64,000 nt of DNA, from positions 4,236 to 68,235 of the forward strand of contig DATHAF010000028.1 in NCBI GenBank assembly GCA_035296785.1, read 5' to 3'. The DNA comes from Gaiellaceae bacterium (GTDB lineage Bacteria; Actinomycetota; Thermoleophilia; Gaiellales; Gaiellaceae). This document shows positions 38,871 to 47,063 of this stretch, piece after piece. Position 1 is the stretch's first letter. Each line of letters begins with the position of its first letter. The translations under genes and the position numbers were made by a program. Under the pieces are notes generated by a model that was given only the letters and a program-made list of their open reading frames with translations, made no database searches and was not told the origin of the DNA.

Positions 38871-39570
38871 CCCGCTGCCGCCTCGCCTCGTAGAGCAGCA
38901 GCGCGGAGGCGACGCTGACGTTCAGCGACTCCACGTTCCCGTGGAGGGGGATCGCGACTGCGGCGTCGCAGGTTCGGCGCACGAGCGGCCGCAGCCCTCT
39001 ACCTTCTGCGCCGAGCACGAAGGCGACCCCGCCGGAGAGGTCGGCATCCCACATGGTCGTCTCCGCGTCGCCGGCCGCGGCCCAGACCCAGAGCTGCGGG
39101 CCTTTGATCTCGCCGAGGTAGCGCGCGAGGTTCTTCACCACTGCGACAGGCAGGTGTTCGACCGCGCCGGCCGAGGCACGGCACACGGCCGGGGTGACTC
39201 GGGCTGAGTTGTGCGCCGGCAGCACGATCCCGTCGGCGCCGGCACCCTCGGCGCTCCGGACGACCGCGCCGAGATTGCGCGGGTCGGTCACCGAGTCGAG
39301 CACCGCCAGCAGCGGCGAGGAGCCTGCCGCGATCTCGTAGGCGTCCGCGTACCGATACGGCTCGACCCGGGCGACCACACCCTGATGATCGGAGGTGCCG
39401 GCGAGGGCGGTCAGCTCGCGCTCCGTCTTCACGTGGGTGCGCACCCCACTCTCCGCCACCCGCGGCTCCGCCTTCAACGCCCGCTCGGTTGCGAAGAGCT
39501 CGAAGGCCTGCCGGGGCCCGCGAAATGCCTCGCGCACGGCCCGGCGGCCGTAGATGAGCTCCGTGGTCAC
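38863..39570 (-). CDS. rlmB: SpoU/TrmH-family 23S rRNA 2'-O-methyltransferase (RlmB-like)
   Basis: LGAEGRGL and IPLHGNVESLNVSVA. GTGA overlap with the cysS stop. Confidence 0.85.
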   Translation of the reverse strand: MTTELIYGRRAVREAFRGPRQAFELFATERALKAEPRVAESGVRTHVKTERELTALAGTSDHQGVVARVEPYRYADAYEIAAGSSPLLAVLDSVTDPRNLGAVVRSAEGAGADGIVLPAHNSARVTPAVCRASAGAVEHLPVAVVKNLARYLGEIKGPQLWVWAAAGDAETTMWDADLSGGVAFVLGAEGRGLRPLVRRTCDAAVAIPLHGNVESLNVSVASALLLYEARRQRGG

Positions 39571-40856
39571 CGCTTGGGCACGAGCTGGAACCCCGGTTCT
39601 GCGTCCATGTCGCGAACCTCCCAGCCCGCGGCCTCGATCTCGCCGCGCAGCCGGTCACCTTCGTCGAAGTCCTTGCGTTCGCGCGCCTCGGCGCGCTGGC
39701 GGGCCAACTCCGCGAGCGCTGCCGGGGCCGAAACGCTCTCCGCGAGTGATTCCAGCCCGAAGACCTCGAGGCCGCGCAAGAGCAGCTCGTGGTCGCGCCA
39801 GCCGTGCATCACCGCCAGCGCCTCGGGCGTGTTGAAGTCGTCGTCGAGCGCGGCCGTGAATGCGCCCCAGTCTCCGCCCGGTTCGGAGGGCTGGCGGAAC
39901 ACGTTGCGGAAGCTCTCTGTTTGGGCGGTCGCCTGCCGCAGCACGTCGTCGGAGTAATCCACCGGCTTGCGCCAGTGACCCCCGAGGAAGTACACGAGCA
40001 GGGTCTCGCGCCCGTGCTCCTCCAGCGCCTCGCGCAGCGAGACGATGTTGCCGAGCGACTTCGACATCTTCTCGCCGGCGAGCCGCAGCAGCCCGTTGTG
40101 CATCCAGAGACGCGCGAACCCGTGACCCAACGACCGCGACTGCGCGACCTCGTTCTCGTGGTGCGGGAAGACCAGGTCGAGCCCGCCGCCGTGGATCTCG
40201 AAAACGGGGCCGAGGTGCGTCTCGGCCATCGCGGAGCACTCGATGTGCCAGCCCGGCCGGCCGGGGCCCCAGGGCGAATCCCACCACGTGTCCTCGCCCT
40301 CCTTATGCGCTTTCCAGAGCGCGAAGTCGCGCGGGTCCTCCTTGAGGCTCGCCTCTTCGGCCTCCTCGGACGGGTTCCGCGTCGCCTCGTCGTCGCCGTG
40401 ACGGCCCGAGAGCAGCCCGTAGTCGGGAAAGCTGGCGACCCTGAAGTACACGTCGCCGTCCGCGGGATACGCATGCCCCGTCGCGACGAGCTCCCCGATC
40501 ATCGACACGATCTCCGGGATCGACTCGGTGGCCTTCGGCTCGCGATCGGGCCGGCCCAGGCCGAGAGCGCCCGTGTCCTCGAGATACCAGTCGCCCGCAT
40601 CCGACGCAAGCCTGGCGCTGTCGCCCGGCGCGGCCGCGTAGATCTTGTCGTTGATGTCGGTGATGTTCTCCACCAGCGTGACCTCGTAGCCGCTGCGCTC
40701 GAGCCAGCGCTTGAGCCACATCGAGAGGACGAACGGACGGGCGTTGCCGACGTGGATGCGCTGGTACACCGTCGGCCCGCAGAAGTACATGCGCACAGGC
40801 CCGGGCGGAGCGGGCAGCTCCTGGAGCCCGCGGGTGGCGGTGTCATAGAGCCGCAT
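39567..40856 (-). CDS. cysS: Cysteinyl-tRNA synthetase
   Basis: ATG 40856: MRLYDTATRGL. HVGNARPF (HIGH) and KMSKSLGN. Confidence 0.9.
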   Translation of the reverse strand: MRLYDTATRGLQELPAPPGPVRMYFCGPTVYQRIHVGNARPFVLSMWLKRWLERSGYEVTLVENITDINDKIYAAAPGDSARLASDAGDWYLEDTGALGLGRPDREPKATESIPEIVSMIGELVATGHAYPADGDVYFRVASFPDYGLLSGRHGDDEATRNPSEEAEEASLKEDPRDFALWKAHKEGEDTWWDSPWGPGRPGWHIECSAMAETHLGPVFEIHGGGLDLVFPHHENEVAQSRSLGHGFARLWMHNGLLRLAGEKMSKSLGNIVSLREALEEHGRETLLVYFLGGHWRKPVDYSDDVLRQATAQTESFRNVFRQPSEPGGDWGAFTAALDDDFNTPEALAVMHGWRDHELLLRGLEVFGLESLAESVSAPAALAELARQRAEARERKDFDEGDRLRGEIEAAGWEVRDMDAEPGFQLVPKR

Positions 40857-41832
40857 CGATCCTCCGCAACGCCTCCTCACGCGGGAGAGCGGCAACGACC
40901 GCCCACAGCTCCGGGCCGCGGTCCCGGCCGGTCAGGGCGCGGCGGAGAGCACGCAGGTCGCCGCCGACCGCCTTCAACTCGCGCACCAGCTCTCTCGGGT
41001 CGGCCGAGCCGTTGCCGCGCTCGAGCAGCTCGCGGAAGCGCTCGAGCGTCTCCGGTGACTCGATCGTCACGCGCTCGGGCTCCTCGAGGATCGACGCCGC
41101 GTACTCACGCGCCTCGTTGAGGTCGCGGGCACCACGCAGGGCCGGCACGAGCTCGAGCGGTGCGCCGACCCGTTCCGCCAGCTCCCGGTCGGAGAGTGCG
41201 CCGATCGCCTCGATCGCCAGGCGCCGGATCCGCGGCAGGTCGTAGTGGACGTCGTGCTTCGGCAGGCCGAGCTCGTCGAGATAGCGCCTCACCGCCTCCG
41301 GTGGGATTCCCGCATCCCGGAGGGACGCGACGGTCGCGCCTTCCGCCCGCTTGGCCAGCTTCTTACCGTCCTGGCCGAGGATCAACCCGTGGTGGACGAA
41401 CTCGGGGGGCGTCGCGCTCAACGCCTCGAAGAGCCGTCGATGCAGCTCCTCGTTGGGCCGGTGGTCGTTCCCGCGCACGACGTGCGTGATCCCGAAGTCC
41501 ACGTCGTCGACGACGCTCGCGAGGTGGTACGTCGGGGTGCCGTCCTCGCGCAGGAGCGTCACACCGTCGAAGCGCTCTCCCAGCTGCCGGCCTGCCTCGA
41601 CGTGACGCCCCCGGCGCTCGCTCTGGCGAACCGGGCCCTCGTCCCACTCGATCCCGAGCCACTCGAGGTCACGAAGCAGCTCCTCCTCGCCCCCCGGCAC
41701 GTTGCGCGCGGGGTCGGTGTCGTCGATCCGGAGCAGCAGCCAGTCCCCGAAGCCACGATTGGCGACCGCGCTGAGCGCGTTGCCGACGTGCAGAGAGCCG
41801 GTCGGGCTCGGAGCGAAGCGAACCTTTTTCAC
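40843..41832 (-). CDS. gltX: Glutamyl-tRNA synthetase-like protein, unusually short (329 aa)
   Basis: GTG 41832: VKKVRFAPSPTGSLHVGN (HIGH). KLAKR at the KMSKS position. C-terminal LRRALTGRDRGPELWAVVAALPREEALRRI. The large insertion between RQSER and TPTYHL seen in canonical GluRS is absent. Confidence 0.7.
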   Translation of the reverse strand: MKKVRFAPSPTGSLHVGNALSAVANRGFGDWLLLRIDDTDPARNVPGGEEELLRDLEWLGIEWDEGPVRQSERRGRHVEAGRQLGERFDGVTLLREDGTPTYHLASVVDDVDFGITHVVRGNDHRPNEELHRRLFEALSATPPEFVHHGLILGQDGKKLAKRAEGATVASLRDAGIPPEAVRRYLDELGLPKHDVHYDLPRIRRLAIEAIGALSDRELAERVGAPLELVPALRGARDLNEAREYAASILEEPERVTIESPETLERFRELLERGNGSADPRELVRELKAVGGDLRALRRALTGRDRGPELWAVVAALPREEALRRIDAAL

Positions 41833-42002
41833 AGCGCCGCCAGTGTAGTTTCGAGCTCGATCGTGTAGCCGACGTCGGTCGGTCCGAGAGCTTCGAGCGC
41901 CGCAGCGCGTTGGATGGCCGCCAGCGCCTCGGCCTCGGCGGCGCGCGCCTCCCGGATCAACGAACGAGCCCACACGGCCGGGCCGGAGTCTAGGGTCTGG
42001 CC

Positions 42003-42719
42003 GTGAAGAAGGCACTGCTCGCGTGGTATGCCGAGACGAGCCGCGACCTGCCCTGGCGCCGGACGCGCGACCCCTACGCGATTCTCGTCTCCGAGGTGAT
42101 GTTGCAGCAGACGCAGGCCTCGCGGGTGGTGCCGCGCTATCGCGCGTGGCTCGTGCGCTGGCCTACCGCGGACGCGCTCGCGGCGGCGCAGACGGCAGAG
42201 GTGATCCGCGAGTGGCAGGGGCTCGGCTACAACCGGCGGGCCCTCAATCTGCAGCGGGCGGCGCGGCACGTCGCCGCGCACGGCTGGCCCGAGGATCTGA
42301 CGGAGCTGCCGGGAGTCGGCCGGTACACCGCTGACGCGGTGGCGTGCTTCGCGCTCGGCCGGCCGGTGCTGCCCGTGGACGTCAACGTGCGCCGAGTGCA
42401 GGAGCGGACGGAAGCCGCCTTCGACCACGCATGCGCCCAGGCGCTGATGGATCTCGGCGCGACGATCTGCATCGCCCGAGTGCCCCGCTGCGGGCAGTGC
42501 CCGCTGGCCAACCTCTGTCCCTCACGTGGCAAGAGGTTCAAGCCGCTGCGCAGGCAAGCCCCGTTCGAGGGCTCGTTCAGGCAGCGGCGAGCGCAGGCCC
42601 TGCGGCTGATTGCCGAGGCCCCACGCACGCTCGCCGAGGTCGACCTCCAAGCGGTCGAATCGTTGCTACGCGATGAGCTCGTCCTGGTCGAGGGGGAGCT
42701 CGTCCGCCTTCCGTCCTAA
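42003..42719 (+). CDS. mutY: MutY-like HhH-GPD adenine glycosylase lacking the MutT-like C-terminal domain
   Basis: GTG 42003. WYAETSRDLPWRRTRDPYAILVSEVMLQQTQ, LPGVGRYTADAV, Fe-S loop C-x6-C-x2-C-x5-C. 238 aa. Confidence 0.75.
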   Translation: MKKALLAWYAETSRDLPWRRTRDPYAILVSEVMLQQTQASRVVPRYRAWLVRWPTADALAAAQTAEVIREWQGLGYNRRALNLQRAARHVAAHGWPEDLTELPGVGRYTADAVACFALGRPVLPVDVNVRRVQERTEAAFDHACAQALMDLGATICIARVPRCGQCPLANLCPSRGKRFKPLRRQAPFEGSFRQRRAQALRLIAEAPRTLAEVDLQAVESLLRDELVLVEGELVRLPS

Positions 42720-43216
42720 TCGGTGAAGCCGCTCACCGCGATGTAGCGAGTTGCGTTGCCGTTCGGGTGCACCAGCACGACCGGCGCCAGACAGCGGCTC
42801 GGCACGGTTACCGTTTGGTGGATGCGCGCGTCGCCGTCGGGCTCTAGCGGCACCGGCTCGGCCACGAACTTGGCGGCGGAGTCCGAGTCCGGCGCGCAGA
42901 AGAAGGACGCCGTGATCGTCGTCACCGTCCCCGTCGTCCCGGTGATCGTGAGCACAAGGCCCTTGACGCGCAGGTCGAACTTGCCGTTGCGGCTGAGCGT
43001 CACTCTGCTCTTGTCGATTACCCATTCCGCACCGGCGCGCGTAACGCCGTGTATCGGCGGATCGGTGAGGAGGTTGCCCACGAGACCGGACCTGAAGAGC
43101 TTCCCATGCCCCTCGTGATGCCGTCCCGACGCACCGGCCTGGAGCGAGAACACGAGCGCGGAGCTCGCGGCCACAACCAGGATCATCCCGAGAAACGACT
43201 TCTTGGAGAACGCCAT
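42716..43216 (-). CDS. Secreted hypothetical protein
   Basis: Signal peptide MAFSKKSFLGMILVVAASSALVFSLQAGA. GGGAGAGAGGAG RBS region. No recognisable domain. Confidence 0.65.
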   Translation of the reverse strand: MAFSKKSFLGMILVVAASSALVFSLQAGASGRHHEGHGKLFRSGLVGNLLTDPPIHGVTRAGAEWVIDKSRVTLSRNGKFDLRVKGLVLTITGTTGTVTTITASFFCAPDSDSAAKFVAEPVPLEPDGDARIHQTVTVPSRCLAPVVLVHPNGNATRYIAVSGFTD

Positions 43217-43276
43217 GCTGCTCCTCTCTCCCTTGGAGTACCGTGAGGGAGTACGGGCAAGGCCGCGGTTCGGTTC

Positions 43277-43750
43277 TCAGGCGCGATCGAGCAACGCCAC
43301 GGCCAGGGCGGCAAGGCCCTCGCCGCGGCCGGTGAAGCCGAGGCCGTCGGTCGTGGTGGCCCGCACGTTGACGAGCGACGGGTCAACCCCGAGCACGCCG
43401 GCGAGTCTGGCGCGCATTACCTCGCGGACCGGGGCGATCTTCGGCTCCTCGCCGACGAGGACGCAGTCGGCGTTGACCAGCTCCCAACCCGTGTCACGCG
43501 CCTCGGCGTAGGCCCGGGCGAGTAGGTCGAGCGACGAGGAGCCCTCCCACTCCGGCGCTCCGGACGGAAAGAGCGAGCCGATGTCGCCGAGCCCGGCCGC
43601 GCCGAGGATCGCGTCGGTCAAGGCGTGCGCAAGCACGTCGCCGTCGGAGTGACCCGCGAGGCCGCGGGCGGAGTCGAGCTCGACTCCCCCGAGCACGAGC
43701 GGCACGCCCTCGACGAGCGCGTGCGCGTCGGCTCCGAGGCCGACCCTCAT
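43277..43750 (-). CDS. ispF: 2-C-methyl-D-erythritol 2,4-cyclodiphosphate synthase
   Basis: MRVGLGADAHALVEG...GHSDGDVLAHALTDA. Confidence 0.9.
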   Translation of the reverse strand: MRVGLGADAHALVEGVPLVLGGVELDSARGLAGHSDGDVLAHALTDAILGAAGLGDIGSLFPSGAPEWEGSSSLDLLARAYAEARDTGWELVNADCVLVGEEPKIAPVREVMRARLAGVLGVDPSLVNVRATTTDGLGFTGRGEGLAALAVALLDRA

Positions 43751-44571
43751 CCGAGCGTCTCCTGCCGGCGCTCGCGACGGTCGAAGACCGCCACCGTGTC
43801 GTAGCCGGCCTGGCGCGCGTGCTGAACGGCGCGATCGAGGTCGCGGCCGGCGTGCGCGGGCTTGTGCGCGTCCGAGGCGGTGGTGATCGGCACGCCGCGA
43901 TCGTGACAGGCGGCAAGCAGCTCGCCGTCGGGGTACACCTCCTCGATCGGCTTGTGCAGCCCAGCCGAGGAGACCTCGACGCAGACGCCGGCAGCCTCGA
44001 TCGTGTCCGCGGTCTCGATGTGGATGTAGTGGAGCTGCTCGGGATCCGGCCGCGGGCCGAAGAATTTGATCAGATCCGGGTGGGAGAGCACGTCGAAGAG
44101 CCCGCTACGCGCGGCGTTGCGCAGCCACACGAAGTAGCGGCGCCAGGCCTCGCCGACCGGCAGCTTGTGCACGAGCCCGGGCTCCTGGTCGACCGCGAAG
44201 CCGTCCACGAAGTGCACCGAGCCGAGCAGGTAGTCCCACGGGTACGGGTCGAGCAGAGCGGCGAGCTCGCGCTCGATCCCCGGGAAGTAGTCGACCTCGA
44301 GCCCGAGCTTGACGGGCAGGCCCCGCCTTTTCGCCTCCTCGACCGCTCCTACGTACTCGTCCAGGTCGTCGGTGCAGCGTTCGCGCATCCAGCCGATCTC
44401 CCAGAGCGACTCGCTTTGGCGGAAGTGGTAGACGTGGTCGGTGAAGCCGATCTCGTCCACCCCGGCGCTACGAGCCTGTTCGACGTACTCCTCGGCCCGG
44501 CCGGCGCGGTAGCGCCCCTGCGCTTCCCCGCCCGGCCGGTCGCGGAGATGCATGTGATAGTCGACGATCAC
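43747..44571 (-). CDS. PHP-domain phosphoesterase (HisJ-type histidinol-phosphatase family)
   Basis: GTG 44571: VIVDYHMHL; GFTDHV; GSVHFVDG; SHPDLIK; TASDAHKP. GTGA and ATGA overlaps with ispD and ispF. Confidence 0.75.
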   Translation of the reverse strand: MIVDYHMHLRDRPGGEAQGRYRAGRAEEYVEQARSAGVDEIGFTDHVYHFRQSESLWEIGWMRERCTDDLDEYVGAVEEAKRRGLPVKLGLEVDYFPGIERELAALLDPYPWDYLLGSVHFVDGFAVDQEPGLVHKLPVGEAWRRYFVWLRNAARSGLFDVLSHPDLIKFFGPRPDPEQLHYIHIETADTIEAAGVCVEVSSAGLHKPIEEVYPDGELLAACHDRGVPITTASDAHKPAHAGRDLDRAVQHARQAGYDTVAVFDRRERRQETLG

Positions 44572-45254
44572 TCCGCGGTGTGTTCCGCGGTTTCCAGCCA
44601 GCTCTCGACGAGCGCGAGGTCGTCCTCGTCCGTGACCTTGAGGAGCCGCGAATCGCCCGGAACCGCCTTTACTCGCCCGCCGCGCGCCTCGACGAGCGAG
44701 GCGCAGTCCGTCGCGTGGGAGACGTCTCCGGCGAGCGCCTGGCGCAGGACGTCCGGGACGAAAGCCTGCGGCGTCTGCACCGCGACGTGCTCTCCGCGCG
44801 CAAGCGTCTCCACCACGCGGTCGCCTTCGACGCGCTTGATCGTGTCGGCCAGCGGCAGCACCGGCACCGCCCCGTCCCAGCCCTCGCCGAGGGGAGCCAG
44901 CACGCGCTCGAGCACGTCCTCGGGCAGCAGCGGTCGCGCCGCGTCGTGAACGAGCACCGCGGCCGCCTCGTCAGGCACCTCCTCCAGCGCCAGCCGCACC
45001 GACTCGGAGCGGCTCTCGCCGCCCGTGATCGCCGAGTGCACTTTCGTCGCGGCGAGCTCCTCGGCCACGAGAATCGACGGCTCCTCCCATTCGGCCGGAG
45101 CTGCGATCACGATTCTCTCGATCCAGTCCGAGTTCTCGAGGCGCTCCAGGCTTTCGGCGAGCAGTGGCCTGCCCGCCAGACGGGCGAACGCCTTCGGCCG
45201 ATCCGAGCCGAGCCGCTCTCCCCTACCTGCCGCGGCGAGAACCGCCCAGACCAA
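44568..45254 (-). CDS. ispD: 2-C-methyl-D-erythritol 4-phosphate cytidylyltransferase
   Basis: AVLAAAGRGERLGSDRPKAF, VLVHDAARP, VQTPQAF. Confidence 0.9.
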   Translation of the reverse strand: MVWAVLAAAGRGERLGSDRPKAFARLAGRPLLAESLERLENSDWIERIVIAAPAEWEEPSILVAEELAATKVHSAITGGESRSESVRLALEEVPDEAAAVLVHDAARPLLPEDVLERVLAPLGEGWDGAVPVLPLADTIKRVEGDRVVETLARGEHVAVQTPQAFVPDVLRQALAGDVSHATDCASLVEARGGRVKAVPGDSRLLKVTDEDDLALVESWLETAEHTAE

Positions 45255-45257
45255 GGG

Positions 45258-45779
45258 CTAAGCCGTGGCCGGAACCTTGGCGGAGCTCTTCTTCTTACCG
45301 CCGTTGGCGAGCACGCCGTCCAGCCACTCGGCTGCCTCGTCCTCGTCCATCTCCTTGGCGTACATCAGCTCGCTGGCGAGGATCTTCTTCGCCTTCACGA
45401 ACATCTGCTTCTCGCCCGTGGAGAGGCCCTTCTCGTGGTCGCGCAGCGAGAGATTGCGCACGACCTCGGCGAGTTCGAAGATGTCGCCGGTCTTCATCTT
45501 GTCCCGGTTGTGCTTGAAGCGGCGGTTCCAGTTCTTCGGCATCGTCGTGCCGCTGCCCGTCAGCGCCTTCAGCACCTTCGCGACCATAGGCTCGTCGATC
45601 ACCTTTCGCAGCCCGACACGGTCTGCGTTGTCGCTCGGGACGTTCACCGTCATGTCGTTGTGCAGGATCTTGATCGTCATGTACTCGCGTTTCTCACCCA
45701 GTACCTCGCGCGTCTCCTTCTTGACGACCGTCCCCGCACCGTGGTGCGGATACACCACCTTGTCGCCGACTCTGTACAA
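45258..45779 (-). CDS. carD: CarD-family RNA polymerase-binding regulator
   Basis: TTG 45779 preceded by GGGGAGG (6-nt spacer): (M)YRVGDKVVYPHHGAGTV, matching the usual CarD N-terminus. Alternative ATG 45807. Confidence 0.85.
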   Translation of the reverse strand: MYRVGDKVVYPHHGAGTVVKKETREVLGEKREYMTIKILHNDMTVNVPSDNADRVGLRKVIDEPMVAKVLKALTGSGTTMPKNWNRRFKHNRDKMKTGDIFELAEVVRNLSLRDHEKGLSTGEKQMFVKAKKILASELMYAKEMDEDEAAEWLDGVLANGGKKKSSAKVPATA

Positions 45780-45908
45780 CCCGAGCCTCCCCTTGTGTGT
45801 TGGCATTTCGCAATGAAGCCGACGGACGCCACGCCGTCGGCTGGATCGCACCAGTATAGCTAAAACTGCTGGAAACGGCCACTTTTTCTGGAAAATCCCT
45901 GCTCAGCG

Positions 45909-47063
45909 CTACAACTGCAGGTAGCGGTCGACCAGATTGTGCTCCTGCAGCCGCCTGAGCCCTTCTCTGATCTCCCTGGCCCGCACGGTGCCCACACCGT
46001 CAACGGCCTCGAGCTCGCGCTGAGTAGCGCTCACGACCCCTTCGAGCCCATCGAGGCTCGCGACCAGGCGCTTGACGATCCCGTCCGGCAGGCGCGGGAT
46101 GTGCGAGAGGACGCGGTAGCCGCGCGGCGAAACCGAACGGTCGAGCGGGTTCGTTGACGCCGGGAACCCGAGCACCGCGAGTAGCTCGAACTCGAGCAGC
46201 TGGTTGTACGGAAGCGCAGCGAGTGCGTGGAGCCCCTCGGCCGTGCGCTCGGGGCCGCCCTCGGCGTGGTAGTCGTAGACCAGCGCCGCCTTTTCGTCGG
46301 GCACGTCGGCGACGAGCTCCTCGAGCTGCATCCGGATCAGTCGGCCCTCCTCGCCCAGCTCGACGCAGGCGCGCTCGATCTCCTCGGCCATTCGCGTCGT
46401 CAGCTCGGCGCGCTGGAGCGTGACGAGCACGTCGTCGAGCATGACGGCGTTCTGGAACTCGAGCGCGGTCAGCCGGGTCACCACCTGCTCGAGGCGCGCG
46501 CGGTATGTCTCGAGCGTGGACAGTGCCTGGTTGGTTTTCGCGAGCACGTCGGCGATCGGCTCGAGCTGGTGGCGGCTCTGGCCGACGAACACGGTCACCG
46601 TCTCGCGCTGCTGCGAGATCGAGATCACGAGCGCGTCGGTCTGCTTCGCGACGCGCTCGGCCGTCCGATGGCGCGTGCCGGTCTCCGCGGAGGGGATGGT
46701 GGGATCCGGCATCAGCTGGACATTCGCGTGCGAGAGCTTCGTCACCGTCGAGTTGACGATGATCGCGCCGTCCATCTTCGCCAGCTCGTAGAGCAGCTGG
46801 GGCGTGAACGGCACATCGAGCTTGATCCCGCCCGAAAAGAGGAAGGCAAGCTCGCTCGGCTCGCCGATCAGGATGAGCGCTCCCTCCGAGGAGCGGATGA
46901 TGTCGTCGATCGCGGAGCGAAGCTCCGTGCCCGGTGCGATGCGCCCGACAGCGGAGAGGATCTTGGAATCGAGCCGCGGATCGTGCTGGGTGGGTTGGCG
47001 CACGATGCCCAGCGGCGGTGGGATCCGCGGGTCGGCCCTATCCTCCATCGGCTCGCTCGGCAT
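45909..47063 (-). CDS. disA: DNA integrity scanning protein DisA (diadenylate cyclase)
   Basis: DAC domain GALILIG, DGAIIV, GTRHRTAERV. C-terminal HhH region. Overlaps the radA end by 26 nt. Confidence 0.9.
   Translation of the reverse strand: MPSEPMEDRADPRIPPPLGIVRQPTQHDPRLDSKILSAVGRIAPGTELRSAIDDIIRSSEGALILIGEPSELAFLFSGGIKLDVPFTPQLLYELAKMDGAIIVNSTVTKLSHANVQLMPDPTIPSAETGTRHRTAERVAKQTDALVISISQQRETVTVFVGQSRHQLEPIADVLAKTNQALSTLETYRARLEQVVTRLTALEFQNAVMLDDVLVTLQRAELTTRMAEEIERACVELGEEGRLIRMQLEELVADVPDEKAALVYDYHAEGGPERTAEGLHALAALPYNQLLEFELLAVLGFPASTNPLDRSVSPRGYRVLSHIPRLPDGIVKRLVASLDGLEGVVSATQRELEAVDGVGTVRAREIREGLRRLQEHNLVDRYLQL

Noticed and set aside
41829-42428. Full 199-aa minus-strand ORF upstream of the gltX-like gene
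   Set aside because: Most of it is antisense to the well-supported mutY-like gene. Only the last 43-48 codons (41829-41975) lie in free space, and those are reported separately as a low-confidence micro-ORF.
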